From the human T2T-CHM13v2.0 reference genome, Homo sapiens, in NCBI RefSeq assembly GCF_009914755.1, contig NC_060925.1: DNA of 64,000 nt; one strand, given 5' to 3'. The position numbers and the translations under genes were made by a program. The notes beneath the pieces are model-generated. The model saw only the letters and a list, made by a program, of their open reading frames with translations, did no database searches and was not told the DNA's origin. Below are positions 43,687 through 59,623 of the stretch, in pieces (the stretch's first letter is position 1; each line of letters opens with the position of its first letter).

Positions 43687-45722
43687 CTGATTCACATTTG
43701 TGTTAAATACCTGTTACCCAACCCCAGGCCAGAAAGGTGTTACACCTTGGAAGCATTCCTGTAAACAAACCTGACGGGTGTGTGTGCGTGTGTGTGTGTG
43801 TGTGTGTGTCCGCGCACATGCTTATGTAACAAGGTCAGTACAATATGGGTAGACTGGGAAAGTAAGTCAAAGGGGAAGACACAGATTGAATGAGCTTTAG
43901 TACAGTCACTGATGTTGGAGCAAAGTTTGGTTCTGAGTTTCCTGGTGACCATAGCAAAAATAGAACCACTCGTTAGATCACCCACCTCTCCGGGGAAAAA
44001 CCAAATTCATCTGGAGGGCTTCTGGGAATTCTATCACATCTTGGTTTATACAACTCTCCCTACAGAGTCTTCCAGATCAACTGTTCATGTGTTGATCCTT
44101 CCTTAAATTTTTCATCTCTCTGTTTTATGCTTTGATGTAAAGTGATAGTTAAGGGCATTGGGTCCACTTTCCATCCTCCTATCTTTTCTTGAACTCATTC
44201 CAATCGGGTTTTCATCCTCCCCACTGTTAGAATTGGTCTTATCAAGGTCAGCAGTGACTTCCATATAGCCAAATCCAAGGACAATTCTCTGTCTTCATTT
44301 TACTAGAGCTAACCACATTTGACCAAGTGAGCATGTTCTTGCTCCTGAAGCCCTTTCTTCATTGGGCTTCAAAGACGCAAGTCTCTTTTTGTTCTTCATC
44401 AACTGTTCCTTCCCCGCCATCCACTCTGCTGGTTCCTCCTTCTCTGCCTCATCTCCAGGTATTACAGTGCCCTAGAGCTCAGCCCTGGGACCTTTCCTCT
44501 CCGTCCTGTCACTCTCTCAATCCAGTTTCAGGTCTCTGAGCACCAGATACACTTGATGACCACGCTATCTATATCTGTGGCCCACTCCTTTACTCACATC
44601 TCAAACAGGCATCTCAAGCTTAATGTGTCCAGACCCAGCTCTTGATAGACTCACCTGACATGTTCCTTCCCATTTCTCATCTCAGTAAATGGCAGCACCA
44701 ATTGACTTGGGGCCACCATAGAGTTGTCCTGGACTGCTCTCTTCATTCACTCTTTCCATCCAAGCACACAAAATCTGAGGCCTCTGGCTTCAGAGAATCT
44801 CTAGAATCCAACCCTTTCTCATCATCTCTATTCCCACCTCCCTATCCAAGTCACCAAACTGCCCTGTGGGCAGTGGTTTGTCTGTTTTGTTAAGTGCTGT
44901 ATCCCATGCTAGTACATAATAGGCTGTAAGTTAATCATTTTTGATTAAACAATCGAATGCCCTAGGGGCTTCTATGCACACAAAACACAAAAAGCATTCT
45001 GTTTCTCAGTAAACAAGTGATTTCACAACTATGAAAACAATAATAACATACATTTTTTGAACACCTACCACATGCCAGCAAGATGCTAGATGAGGTGATT
45101 AAGGCTCAGAGAAATAGGAAATGGCCAAAGGCTAAATATCTAGTGCTTGGTGGAATAGGTACTTGAATCATATCCATTTATTCAATTCATCCAGTATTTG
45201 TTGAGCACCAATTATGTGCCAGGTATTGTTTTGGGAGAATAAAACTGGCAAATTCCTTACTCTAATAGAAAGATGCAAGAAATGAGATGTGTATATATGA
45301 CAGGTGCTATGAGAAAGAAGAGAATTAGGAGTGATGGGGAAACTCTCTGAGGGAGGAAGATCAAGAAAGATCTCTGAGGCAGTGGCATTTGAGCAGAGAC
45401 CTGCATGAAGAGAGGGGTGAAGAGCAAAGACCTAAAGGTAAATAATCTTCGTGTGTTTGGGGGACCTCAAGGAAGCTAGGGTGGCTGAAACTCAGAGAGT
45501 GAAGGGCAGAGTTTTTGGAGTTGAGGTCAAAGATAAAGATGGGATGCCAAATGGTCCTTGTAGGCAGAAGCCTTTGGGTTTTCCTCTGAGTGAAGTGGAA
45601 AGCCACTAGTAGGTGTGAGCGGGGGAGAGACATGATGATCTGACTCAGAATTTAATAGGATTCCTCTGGCTGCTACATGGAGAAAGGCCTGGAGAAGGTC
45701 CAGGGAGATCTGTATGGATGCT

Positions 45723-46761
<1,039 letters not shown>

Positions 46762-49700
46762 AGGCTATTGCAATAATCCATTCAACCTGTGATGATAGCT
46801 TGAACCTTGATCATAGCAGTGGAGATGATGAGAAACGGGTGGAATCCAGAAATATCTTGAAGGTAGAGCCAACTGGATTTGCTAGTGAATTTAATTTGGC
46901 AAATAAAAAAGAGACATCAAGGATGACTCCCAGATTTTTGACTTGACAACTGGGTGAATGGTAGTACTATCAACCGGTATGAGAGGAACTGAGGAGGCCG
47001 GTAGATAAATGAGTTTGGGATTGAGAAGAAAGGCCAGGCTATGGAGTAAACAGAGTGTTGATGGTATTAAAGCCCTTGTGATGGGATAAATCGCCAAGGG
47101 GGTGATTACAGACAGGAAGAAAGACGTCCAAAGACAGCCTTGGTGCCCCCTGGGCACTCTAACACCTAGAGGTCAGGAAGAGAAGGAAAAACCAAGGAAG
47201 GAAGCTGAGAATATGGAGCCAGTGAGATTGGCAGAAAATGTGGAGAGTCCCAGGAGTCAAATGGTGAAAGCACTTTACTCCAAGAAAGATGGAGTGGTCA
47301 GCTATGACAAATGCTGTGGGGAACTGAGCAGTTTGGGGCAGGGAGAGCCCTGGGCTCTGGGCACCATAGCAGTGGGCACTGAGCAGCGAGGCCAGGGTAG
47401 AGAGCGGAGCTGCCCAAATGCACATGGGCAAACTGTCACCCACCCCACATCTGTGATTGAGGCTTCCACACAGGGTGAACTCCAGGCTCTTGTGACAGTC
47501 ACTTCCCACATCCCTAAAGAAGGAAGTGCCCTGATAATACCACGTCAATGCACATGGGCTGGCCAGGGGTAGCGTCAAGGATTTGCGTCTGTGGCCAAGT
47601 TGGTTGTGATGGATGGTGGGTCATTTAGAAAGAGATTAGGAGGAGGTGGGTTTGACAAATAAACTTGAGTCATGTTAGGCAGATAGGGAAGTCATACCTG
47701 GTTCCCAGGGAAGACTGACACATGACGGGCCCTGGCTGGAGGAGCCACAGGGCGAGGAAAGGACAGACACCATGGCCAAGGGGCCCCCAGACCCTACCGC
47801 TATGTCCCATTGATGTGGGGGTCAAGGGAGATGAGCTTCCTCTCGTGGAAAGACCATAGATTTAGGTATCAAGCAGCCTCATAACAACCTCAAACACTGG
47901 AGACGTCACATTATTTTTACAAATGAGAAACTGAGATCACAGAGGTCGTCGCTTGTCCAAGGTCCTACAGTTGATCAGACCCAAGTATGGACATTCCAGC
48001 CCAGCATTGAGTTCAGCCTGTGCATGTCAGAAAGCAGCACTGGTCCTGCTATAGATTGAGAGATGGGGCTTGTCATGGGAGTTACATAAGGAGAGGCAGG
48101 GAAACCCCCCTTCATGACGCATCCCCCATAAGCCAGGCACATGCTGGGGAAATGGTTGGTTTTAGGGAGAGTCACAGGCTCTCCTGGGACAGGTATCGTT
48201 CAGTTTTTCCTTACAACAACCACTATGAGGTCTTTTTAAAAATTATTATTACTATTTTCTCTACTTTACTGATGAAGAAGCGGAGGCTCAGAGAAGCTAA
48301 GTAATGTACCAAAGATCACACAGCTGGTAAGTGCTGTCATTCGGGTTTGAACCCAGCTCTCCTCATCTCTAAGTCCTCAGTTCCTTTTTCTATAACACCA
48401 CAGGCTGAGCAAAGGCAAGAATTCCAGGTAGAAAATCTGCTTACCCCTCTTGCTCCCACAGTGACAACAAACATGGTGCTTCATTGGGCCTCAGGTTACT
48501 CATCTGTAAAATGGGAATAACCATTATGCCTATCCTTTAGGATTCAATGGGATTACGACTATAACATAGCTTTGTGCACAGTATTCAAGAAATGAGAGCT
48601 ATTATTCCCAGATGGTTGTTTTCATTTTACAGATTAGAGGGCATGTAAGATTCCCTTCATTTCCATAGACTCTAAAGAGCAAAGGCTGAAGTCTGGATTC
48701 AAAGCAATACATAAGAAATTCCAAAGTTCACTTGAGCTTCTTCTTCATTTCAGTCTGAGATAAGAAAAAGGAAGATGGCATTTCAGGCAGGTGGAATGAG
48801 TAGGCAAAGACATGAGATGGGATTAGACCTGTGCAAATAGGGTTGGTATGGGGAAGCACGATGACATCAGATTTTAGCCACTTTTGGGAGTGGCATCTTA
48901 AATGCCAAGGTGAGCTATCAGGGCTTCAATCCAACGTTCAGGCTCAATGTCAGGGGAGCCTGCCACATGCCAGAGTCTGTGCCTGGCAGAGCTGAGCCCT
49001 GGCACACGCACTGTTTACAGCTGCCTGGTATGGCAGTGGTGATATCACCCTTAGAGACTTTGCCCTCTTCTCTCTGACCCAACCTTCAACCACTGGGGCA
49101 GTAGGTTATGCATTGCCTAGAAGGCAACTGTAAGATTCAGGGGCTGCTATGGATGCATTACCCAGGAGATAAGGGCAACCTCAGGTGGGCCGGGGCCCTC
49201 ACAGCAACCTTACGAGAGGGGTTGTATCATGCCCATTTGATGGAAGAGAAAACTAAGATTCCATTAGAATTGATGTGACGTATCCTAAATCACACAGCTG
49301 CAGCAGGACTAGGATTTGAATGCGGGTCAATCTGCCTCCAACACTACTGCCTTTTCCTCCATGCTGGATTAGGCTATTGGCTTCTGAAAGCACAGACAGG
49401 TGAGATGGGTCAAACATGGCCTGAAGCACCCAGGCACAGGTGGGAGATGGCAAGCAGAGGCAGGTTCAAAACGTGGGGCCAGGACTGGTCTGAAAGATAG
49501 TCGTTAAATAGCACTGAGGAGAGGGAGTGAGAGAGATGTGGGTCTTGGGGGAGTGGGGTCTTGAGAACCCTGAAATCAGCAGTGTCTGCCCACTTTGCCC
49601 TGGACCAGCCTCTCTGTCTGTATCCTTCCCCCAGAGAAAGGACCATGGGCTGACCTGGGCCAAGGACACCTGGCTGGAGCCCCTTCTCTGACATTAACTA

Positions 49701-49983
49701 GCTCCGTGACCTGGGGAAAGCCACCCTCCCTCCTGAGCCTCACTTTTCCTGTCTGTAAAATGGCCTCCCCGTCATCACACCCACACAGGTGTCTTGAGGA
49801 GTGAATGATGGTGTGCTCCAAGGCCCCCATGGAGAGCCCGGCACATGGCAGGCACTCGGTGTTCAAGCACTGTGTTCCCATAGACTCTGGGCTCCTGCCC
49901 TCCTCGCCCCCAACCCCCTTCCTAGGAACCAGCCCCGGCTTGTCAGAGAGCCAGCTAGCTGTCAACCCCACCCCAGCTGGCCA

Positions 49984-50022
49984 GTTAATGAGTGACCAGG
50001 ACTCCTGAGCCTGACCTATAAG
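49984..50022 (+). promoter_or_regulatory. GUCA2B proximal promoter: HNF1-type site and TATA box
   Basis: GTTAATGAGTGAC at 49984-49996 resembles the HNF1 consensus GTTAATNATTAAC; TATAAG at 50017-50022, about 70 nt before the ATG. Confidence 0.8.
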
Positions 50023-50087
50023 GAGGTGCTAGGCAGGGACACAGATGGGAGACGGTGGACAGCGGCAGGGGGAACCCAGGGAGCGCG

Positions 50088-50177
50088 ATGGGCTGCAGGG
50101 CTGCATCAGGGCTCCTGCCAGGAGTGGCCGTGGTCCTCCTGCTGCTGCTGCAGAGCACACAGTCAGTCTACATCCAG
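50088..50177 (+). CDS. GUCA2B: GUCA2B exon 1 coding part (prepro-uroguanylin signal peptide)
   Basis: ATG at 50088 gives [30 protein letters not shown], followed by donor CAG|GTGAGT (phase 0). Join 50088-50177, 51317-51503, 52172-52233 gives 112 aa plus stop. Confidence 0.98.
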
Positions 50178-51316
50178 GTGAGTCCCTTGGCCAGCGTTCC
50201 CTTTGCCTGAAGGGCCCCATGGTGGGAGGCTAGGCTGGAGAGGGTGTACTGGGAATTCAGAGGGGCACCGGGGGAGCACGGGGCCCGGGGCTCAGCCCAA
50301 CACCCATCACAGCCCAGAGACCAAGGCAGCTGGTGGGTGGGGGCAGCCAGATGTTGATGGCAGTGATGATGGCAATGACAACACCAAACTGATTCAGCGC
50401 TGCTCCCCTCAAAGGCCCGTGCTGGTCACAGAGGTCAGGGTGTGGAACAGAAGGCTCCTCCTTGCATGGGAGGAGGCCAGAAAGGGAAGGAGACACCCTG
50501 TTATGCTCCCACAGTTCCGTATATTCACCCACATGTAGGTGGAGGAGGACAGGCTCCAGAAAAATTTTCCTGAGAAGTAACCCTTGAGCTGGCATTGCAA
50601 GATGAACAGGAGGTTGCCAGACACAGATGATGGGGAAACTGTTCCAGGCCAAGGGGCACAGCATGTGCAAAGACCAGATAGAAGACTATGGGGGTTCCAG
50701 TGCCCTTCCAGGGGGCATGGGAGAGTGGCAGTAGTCGTCACAGCAGGGCCTGTCTGCCACGTCACAGGGGATGCTGCTGGCCTCGCCCAGCATAGCAGAG
50801 ACGTCTGTGGCCCTGGGTGTCACATCCCTGACTCTGGGCATGGTCTCCTTGGGAAGAACAAAGTGGGTCCCAGAGAGGGGTGCAGGAGACTTGGCCTCCC
50901 CAACAGCCCTGGCCTCAGAGACCAGCTACTTGGGGCTGCCATCACTCTGCCATGTGAGCTCAGGCAGGCGTACTCAGTTAGTGATTGTGCCCTGGTACCA
51001 GGCCCCCACGGGAGATGTCAGATGAGGGAACTGAGGCTGAGTGGGGAACAGACAGGCAGCCGGTCATGGGCAGAGGTGGGATTTGAACCAGGGCTTGTCT
51101 GTCTCTAAAGCCTCGAACCGCTGTGCTCCACAGCCCCGCTGCTTCTTCCTCACACCTCTCACCGCAGCGGCTCTTTCCAGTGTGGCCCTGGACTTCCCAT
51201 AGAGACGGGGAAGGCTCTGGAGGATCTGCAGGGTTTGAGCAACCCTGGGTGTCATGGCAGTGCCTGCCCCTGGACCAGGTCTTGACCTGCTCCTATCTCC
51301 TCTCCCCTGTCTGTAG

Positions 51317-51503
51317 TACCAAGGCTTCCGGGTCCAGCTGGAATCCATGAAGAAGCTGAGTGACCTGGAGGCACAGTGGGCACCCAGCCCCCGCCTGCAG
51401 GCCCAGAGCCTCCTGCCCGCCGTGTGCCACCACCCTGCTCTGCCTCAGGACCTTCAGCCTGTCTGCGCCTCGCAGGAGGCTTCCAGCATCTTCAAGACCC
51501 TGA
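51317..51503 (+). CDS. GUCA2B: GUCA2B exon 2 (pro-region)
   Basis: Polypyrimidine tract then TAG|TAC. Encodes [21 protein letters not shown]...[27 protein letters not shown]; donor A|GTAAGT (phase 1). Confidence 0.98.
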
Positions 51504-52171
51504 GTAAGTGCCCCCGCTCCCTGCAGAACCTCGCTCTGTCTCCTCCCACGCCCAGGCTCCTCCACCTGGGTTGTTTCTCTTAAGCACCCAGCGGCTGAGG
51601 ATGGGGAGATTCAAGTAACTCAGGCCCTGTCCCACTGGCTCCCAGGACTCCCCGGTTTGGGCACTGTGAGTCAGGCATGCCTGGAACCTGCTTCGTCCCC
51701 TTAGTCCACGCCAGGCACAGACCCATCAACAGACAATGGCTGCGTGGAGCAGAGAGGAGAGCTGGCTGACATCTGCGATGGGACAGGGGTGTGAAAGGCT
51801 TCCAAGAGGAGGTGTCAGCCAAGCTGAAACCTGAGGGATCGTGCAGAGCCAGGCACGAGAATGTAGCAACTAGCTAGCACTTACTGAGCACCTACTGTGT
51901 GCCGGGACTTGTCGGTCCTGCATTATCTCCTCACAGTGACCCTGTCCATTTAGCAAACAAGAAATCTCAGGCACAGGGAGTGTGAGTGACTTGCCCAGTG
52001 GCCGCTAGGAAGGAGAGCATCTGGGACTTGAACCCAAGCCCTCACTCCACCTCTAGACGTTCCTGCTCCCAGTCTGTGGAAGATGCCGCCCATTCCCAAG
52101 CAGACCTCTTCTGCTGCCTGGCCACAGAGGGCCCAGGTTCAGGTCAACTGACCAGTTCTCTCCCTGCCCAG

Positions 52172-52233
52172 GGACCATCGCTAACGACGACTGTGAGCTG
52201 TGTGTGAACGTTGCGTGTACCGGCTGCCTCTGA
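52172..52233 (+). CDS. GUCA2B: GUCA2B exon 3 coding part, including mature uroguanylin [16 protein letters not shown] (52183-52230)
   Basis: Acceptor tccctgcccag|GG; encodes (R)[19 protein letters not shown] then TGA. This is the known 16-mer hormone. Confidence 0.99.
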
Positions 52234-52439
52234 GATAGCCCTGGGTACCCTGAGCCCACCAGGGACACCTCGCCCTTCAGCCCACCACCCTGGCAGGCTT
52301 CCATCCCCGTCCATGCTCAAGATGGGTCCCTGGCCACCATGGTCATCACCACCCTTCCAGGGCCTGAGCAGCTGGATCTGGTACAAAGCAATCGGACATA
52401 GAGTTGGAGGGGGAGGCCCCTGAGGCAGCCCAGCTCCTG

Positions 52440-52445
52440 AATAAA
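52440..52445 (+). terminator. GUCA2B polyadenylation signal
   Basis: AATAAA about 205 nt after the stop codon, followed by a GT/T-rich element (gtgtcctttgtt). Confidence 0.88.
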
Positions 52446-53027
52446 GATTCTACAACACACGAGTCCACGTGTCCTTTGTTCATCCCCAGGAGCCATGGGA
52501 GGAGCTTCTGGAGAAGAAGTGTGGATTGAGGAGAAAGACGGGACTAAAAATACCAGGCAGGAATTTTCCTGAAGTTTTCAAGGCCCGGGGAGTTGATTGA
52601 ACCCCATCCCGAATATGAGGGAGCTGAGGCTCGGAGCAGGAATGAGGCATCCAGGATCACAGAGCTCAGAAGCCCCAGAGCCAGCCAGACCTGGCGACCC
52701 CCAGGCTGAACTCAAGGCCTCCCCAGCTTCGGAGCAAGAGCAACTGTGCTCCTGACGCAGGAGTGGGGTTGGGGCAGGGAGGAGGTGAGACAGAAGGAGA
52801 GAGTGGAGGGAAGATTCAAGCAGCATGTCCTCCCAAGCTGTAATCAGGGCCGACTCTGCCTGGGGTCTGCGTGAGAAGATCGGCCCTTGGCCTTCATCCT
52901 CATTCCCAAGCTCCCACTTTTCCCAGCCCCACAGGGACCATCTGGCCAGCTCCAGCTGGGAGGCCTTCCCACCCTCTCTCCATCCTGGCAGCCTGAGGAA
53001 TATTAATAATAATTAATAGCCAACAAA

Positions 53028-53322
<295 letters not shown>

Positions 53323-53329
53323 AATTATA

Positions 53330-53622
53330 GGCTGGGTGTGGTGACTCACACCTGTAACCCCAGCACTTTGGGAGGTCAAGGTGGGAGGATCACTGAGGTC
53401 GGGAGTTTAAGACCAGCCTGGCCAACATGGCGAAACCCCGTCTTTACTAAATACAAAAATTAGCCAGACGTGTAATCGCAGCTACTCAGGAGGCTGAGGC
53501 AAGAGAATCACTTGAGCCCAGGAGGCGGATGTTGCAGTGAGCCGAGATTGCAGCACTGCACTCCATCCTGGGTGACAAGAACAAGACCCTGTCTCAGAAA
53601 AAAAATGAAAAAAAAATAAAAA
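53330..53622 (+). mobile_element. Alu inserted in the tail of the preceding Alu
   Basis: Dimeric Alu; flanking aataattat repeats. Confidence 0.9.
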
Positions 53623-55206
53623 TAATTATTATTATTATAATTATAACAGCCAATGTTTATTGAGCATTCACTCTATCCCAGGCACTATCCTACTCACTTG
53701 GCACTCATGGTAACTCATGGAGTCCTCACAACAGACCGATGAAGCAGATACTGTTATTATCACCCCACCCAGTCTAAGAAGAGTCAGGTACAGAGAGAAA
53801 AACTAAGCCCAGATCATAGACCAAGCAAAATGACAAGACAGGGCACTTCCCAGGACATGTGGGCCAGGGTCCATGCTCTGACCACCATATTACTCCCTTG
53901 CTCCAGCGGATGATGCCTCATGGGGACCCAGTGCAGCCTCCACATCCTTGCAGCCAACCTCAGTGCCTTTATTCAGGCTGGGAGCCATGCTGGGAACTTC
54001 TGGGAGCAGGGCCTTTCCAGAGTGGGGTCCCCCAAAGCCTTGGTCCTGGACAGCCGCGGAGGAGCAAAGTTGGAGGCCAAGAGGCTGTGCCATCTGAACT
54101 CAGCTCCCGAAGACCCGGGTGCATGCCCAAGACAGCAGCTTAGTTCTGCTCATGAGTCCTGCAATCTCCCAGACTACAGGTTCCTCCTTGCCGTCACCCC
54201 ACAGGCAAGGCTGGTGAAGGGCCTTTGCAATGCCTCCTGCAGTTCTCTGGGCCCCTACTTCTCACCCCTCCATCCTCACTCACTGGGGCCTTTATCACTA
54301 CCTTTGGGCCAGGCCAGACCTTCCTTCCTGGCCCTGCGTCCTGTGGGCCCTCCATGCCCACCATGCCAGAGGAGCACCGCAGCACAACTCTGATGGTGCC
54401 CCTACTCCTCCATGGCTCCACACTGCCACCTACCAAGTCTAACCAGAGCTCGTGCACTAGCTAGATCTAGACTTATCTCCCACTGCTTCCTGCAGCTACG
54501 CTGGCTTCCCACCTGCCTGCTGGAGACAGCAAAGAGAAGTGCTGCTGTCTGAGTCCTGCCATGTGCCAGCCACACGGCTGTGCTGCTGCCCAGAAGCAGT
54601 GATGATACCAGCATCAACGAGCTGCTCTCTGTGGGCCTGGCGGAGCTTCTTCTTTTCCTTCTTCTTTGTTTACCATCTCCCCACTTCCTCCCAAACCCCA
54701 ACCCCTGGTAACCACTATTCTACTCTACTTCTATGAGTTCAACTTTTTTAGATTCCACATTTCAGTGAGATCAAGTAGGATTTGTCTTTCTGTGCCTGGG
54801 TTATTTCACTTAGTGTAATGTCCCCCAGTTTCATCCACTTCGTCACCCACAACAGGATTTTTTCTTTTTTAAGGCTGAATAGTATTTCATTGTGTATATA
54901 TATCACATTTCCTTGATCCATGCATTTGTTGATGGATGCCTTGGTTGATTCTATATCTTGACTATTGTGAATCATGCTGAAATAGATATGAGACTGTAGA
55001 TATTTCTTTGATATACTGATTTCGCATTTTTGGCTATATGCCCAGAAGTGGGATTGCTGGATTGTATGGCATTTCTAGTTTTAATTTTTTGAGGAAACTT
55101 CATACTGTTTTCCATAATGGCTATGCTAAATTATCTTTCCACCAACAGTGTGTGAGGGTTCCATTTTCTCCACACCCTTGCCAACACTTGTTATCTTTTC
55201 TTTTTG

Positions 55207-55251
<45 letters not shown>

Positions 55252-55253
<2 letters not shown>

Positions 55254-55392
55254 TTATTTATTTATTTATTTGAGATGGGATTTTGCTATGTTGCCCAGGT
55301 CGGTCTCAAACTCCCTTGCTCAAGTGATCCTCCCGTCTCAGCCTCTCAAGTAGCTAGGATTACATACAGGTGGGTGCCCCCATACCCAGCAA
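55252..55392 (-). mobile_element. Alu monomer (FLAM-like)
   Basis: Single-arm reverse Alu next to a (TG)n tract. Confidence 0.75.
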
Positions 55393-55547
55393 GCATCTTT
55401 TTTGTTCTTTTTTGACAAAAGTCCTTCTTACAGATGTGAGGTGATATCTCATCATGATTTTAATTTGCATTTCCCTGTCGATTAGTGATGTTGAGCACCT
55501 TCTCATATACCTCCTTGCCTTTTGTATGTCTTCTTTTGAAAAATGTC

Positions 55548-55876
<329 letters not shown>

Positions 55877-56189
55877 TCAGTTGCTTTGCCTGTTTTTAAA
55901 TTGGGTTGTTTTCTTGCTATTGAGTTGTTTGAATTCTGTATGGATTTCGGATATTAATCCACTAGCATATGTTTCATTTGAAATATTTTGTCTCATTCTA
56001 TAGATTCTTTTCATTCCTTACCTGTGCAGAAGCAGTTTAATTTGCTGCACTCCTTTTTGTCTATTTTTGGTTTTGTTGCCTGTGGTTTTGGGATCATAGG
56101 CGAGAAATCTTTGCCAAGACCAATGTCAAGAAGTTTTCCTCTATGTTTCCTCTGGTACATTTTTTGTTGTTGTTGTTACTTTGTTTTGT

Positions 56190-56332
56190 TTTGGGTTTTG
56201 GTGTTTGTTTGTTTGTTTTTGGCAGGGTCTCACTGTGTTGTGTAGGCTGGCCTCAAATTCCTGGGCTCCAGTGATCCTCTTGCCTCAAGCTTCCGAGTAG
56301 CTGGGACTACAGGCATTCACCACTGCTCCTGC
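56190..56332 (-). mobile_element. Alu monomer (FLAM-like)
   Basis: Single-arm reverse Alu. Confidence 0.75.
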
Positions 56333-59300
56333 CTTCTTCCAGTAGCTTTACAGTTTCAGGTCTTAAGACTTTAATCCATTTTGAGTTAATTTTTGTACAT
56401 GAGGTTAGATAAGTGTCTAATTTCATTTTTCTGCATGTCCCAATACCATTTATTGAAGAGACTGTCCTTTCCCCATTGTGTGATCTTGGCACTTTTGTCA
56501 AAGATCAGATTGTAAATGTGTAGATTTATTTCTGGGCTCTCTCTATTCTGTTCCATTAGTCTCGTTGTCTGCTTTGTGCCAGTACTATGCTGTTCTACAG
56601 CTCTGTAGTAGATTTTGAGATCAAGTAGTGTGATGCTTCCAGCTTTTTCTTTTTTGCTCAACATTGCTTTGGCTATTTGGGGAATTTAGGATTGTTTTTC
56701 CTATTTCTGTGAAAAAATGTAATTGGAATTTTGATAGGGATTGCATTAAATCTGTGGATCATTCTGGATAGTATAAACACTTTAAAAATATTAATTCTTC
56801 CAATCCATGAATATGGAATACCTTTCCATTTATTTGTATCTTGTTTAATTTCTTTCATCAATGTTTTATGTTTTTCTAGTGTTTGATTCTTTTCCATCAT
56901 TGGTTAAATTTATTCCTAAGATGTGTGTTGTTGTTGTTGCTGTTTAAATGGGCTTGTTTTCTTGATTTCTTTTTCAGATCATTCATTGTTAATTATAGAA
57001 ATGCTACTGATTTTTGTATGTTGATTTTGTAATCTGCAACTTTACTAAATTTGCTTATTAGTTCTAATAGCTTTTTAGTAGAGTCTCTAGAGTTTTCTAT
57101 ACATAAGATGATGTCATTTGCAAATACAGACAATTTAACTTCTTCCTTTCCAAGTTGGATGCTTTTTTATTTTTTTTCTTGCCTAATTGCTCTGGTTAGG
57201 GCTTCCAGTACAGCACTATGTTGAATAAAAGTGGCAAGAATGGGCACCCTTGTCTGGTTCCTGATGTTAAAGGGATAGCTTCCAATGCTTTTGAGTATTC
57301 TCCCTTTTTCTTAGTCTAGCTAAAGATTTTGCAATTTTATTTATCTTTTCAAAAACCCAACTCTTACTTTTGTTCATCTTTTCTATTGTTTTTCTGGTTT
57401 CTATTTCAGTTATTTCTGCTCTGATCTTTTCTTCGTTAACTTTGGGCTTAGTTTGTTCTTTTTAGTTCCTTGAGGTAAAACAATAGGTTGTTTATATGAA
57501 ATCTTTCTTCTTTTTTGATGTAGGCATTTATTGCTATAAATTTCCCTCTTTGAACTGCTTTTGCTGCACCCCATAAGCTTTTGTATGCTGTATTTTCGTT
57601 TTCACTTGTCTCAAGATACTTTTCAATTTCCCTTTTGATTTCTTATTTGACCCAGTGGTTGTTCAAAACCAGGGGAGTTTTAAAAATTTTTCCAGCATTT
57701 TTTCATTTACTCTTCACTCAACCCTATGATATATGGATTCTTATCTTCCCCATTTTACAGATGAGAAAACTGAGGAGAGAACAGGCTAGGTAGCCTGCCT
57801 AAAGGCACATAGCTGTAAAAGACAGAGCCAGGATTTATACCCAAAGAGTCTGGCTCCAGAGTTAGGGCATTAAATGATTCTACTCTACCATACATCTCAC
57901 TTAATCCCCCGCCAACCTTGGGAGGTAGGGTCTGTTATCATCCTCACTTTCAGATGAGAAACCAAGCCTCAGAGAGGGACACTCAGCTTGTAAATGACAC
58001 AGTAAGGCTCAAACTCAGTCCTGTCTGCCTTCCCAAGCTCCACTCTGTCCTGACTGAACCATTCCTATGTCTTTGTGTCTGTCTGCACCATTCCCACCTT
58101 CTGCAACACTCTCTTTCTCCCTACTTCCACACTGGTTTTGAAATTCCCTGCATCCCAGTGCAAATCTCGAGGGGTGATGCAAATGCACTTGCCCTTCCCC
58201 TTTCACAAAGCCTTACTGATCTCAACTAGAAGAGACCTTATGTTTTGAATTCTGAAGCCCATGGAATCCCCCTTGAGACACTTCCCCTCCACCCCACTCC
58301 TCAAGATGGACCCTTGGGAGTTCTGCCTCCTCTTTTTTTTGTTCCCTCTACCTTTGCTAATAGGCCTCACTTCCACACCCTGCCTCCTCACCCTGTCTGA
58401 ACCACTTTCAGCCTGATCCTGGTCCCCTTTTCTCTAGTTTGTTTTACCACTTATTGAATTCCTCTTACGTTTGTGTCAGGCCTGAACTGAGGGCTTTATA
58501 TGCATTATTTCACCCAGCCTGGGAGGCAGGAAATATTAGTGTCCCAGTTTTATAGAGGAAGAGGTGGAGGCACAGAGAGGGAAGGTGACTTTCCAAAGAT
58601 CACACAGTACTTGGAAAAGCTGTGGCTGGGCCCCTGCCCTGTTTTATATCCTCATGCAATTATCCATGTGGGTCTGGAGGTCAGAGAGACTTCCCCAGGC
58701 ACAGAAGCCATTACACAACAGGGTGGCCACAGCTGTGCAAGGGTTGTGGGTGATCACAGTGCCCAGAAAGCACCAAGGTCAAGGTCACAATGGGAGCACT
58801 GAGACTCTTCCTGGGGGGTTGAGCAAGTTGTCTTGAGGAGAGGCCGTGGAATGAAAGCCTTGGACCCTGAGTAGGAGTTTGCCTGGACAGTAGTGTGGGA
58901 AGACGGGCAGTGGAGAGGTGAGCAGCAGCAGAGGAAATGGCAAGAGGTGTGGTTTGGGATGTGGTCAGGGCTGGAGGCCACACTAGCATGGCTGGTGGGA
59001 GCCAAGTCCTTGAATACCCAAGAGTTTGGTGCCAGTCTTCTAGTGGGCCAAGTGCCTGTATTGGTTGTCCAAACCAGCTCAGACTGGCTCCCGTGCTCAC
59101 ATGTGGCTCAGTGAACTTGGTGACCTCAGGAGATGTGAAATAAAAGCAAACCCTCCCCACCACCCGCTGCCTTGGTGGTTTGGAGATCCAGATCCTCTCC
59201 ACGCCTCTGTGTTGTGGCAGCCCCAGGGACAGTGAGCAGCTTAGCAGGGAGAGTGGGGTCCTTCGCTTAGTACATTACATCCCGAGCTTCCAGGGCAGGA

Positions 59301-59357
59301 TAGACTAGGGGATGAAGGAAGGAAGGAAGGCAACACCCAGAGTACTCTGGAATCTGG

Positions 59358-59363
59358 TTTATT
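59358..59363 (-). terminator. GUCA2A polyadenylation signal
   Basis: TTTATT on + (AATAAA on -), about 195 nt after the stop codon. Confidence 0.88.
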
Positions 59364-59558
59364 AGCTGGGGGTTGAAGTGGCAGGGAAGGACAGTGTTGG
59401 GGCGAGGCCTCCAGTCACCCAGTTCCTCCCCGGGCTGCTCCTCCCGACTGGACCAGGGTAGGTTGAGCTGCTGGGAGTGGAGTATCATGGGTGGCCCTTT
59501 CTGCAGGAGAAAAGAGCTTCCCTGCTGCGGAGGGGAGGCAGGCAGTGGGCAAGCCCCC

Positions 59559-59623
59559 CTAGCATCCGGTACAGGCAGCGTAGGCACAGATTTCACATGT
59601 GCCCGGGTCCTCAGCGATTTCCT
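59559..59623 (-). CDS. GUCA2A: GUCA2A exon 3 coding part, including mature guanylin PGTCEICAYAACTGC (59562-59606)
   Basis: Acceptor tgtgcag|AG; encodes (E)EIAEDPGTCEICAYAACTGC then TAG. This is the known 15-mer hormone. Confidence 0.99.

Noticed and set aside
50045-50233. Out-of-frame upstream ATG overlapping the GUCA2B start
   Set aside because: It lies about 28 nt after the TATA box, at or before the likely transcription start, so it is probably not a usable uORF.
56307-56900. ORFs resembling a reverse-transcriptase protein
   Set aside because: Broken L1 ORF2 remnants of an old, inactive element.
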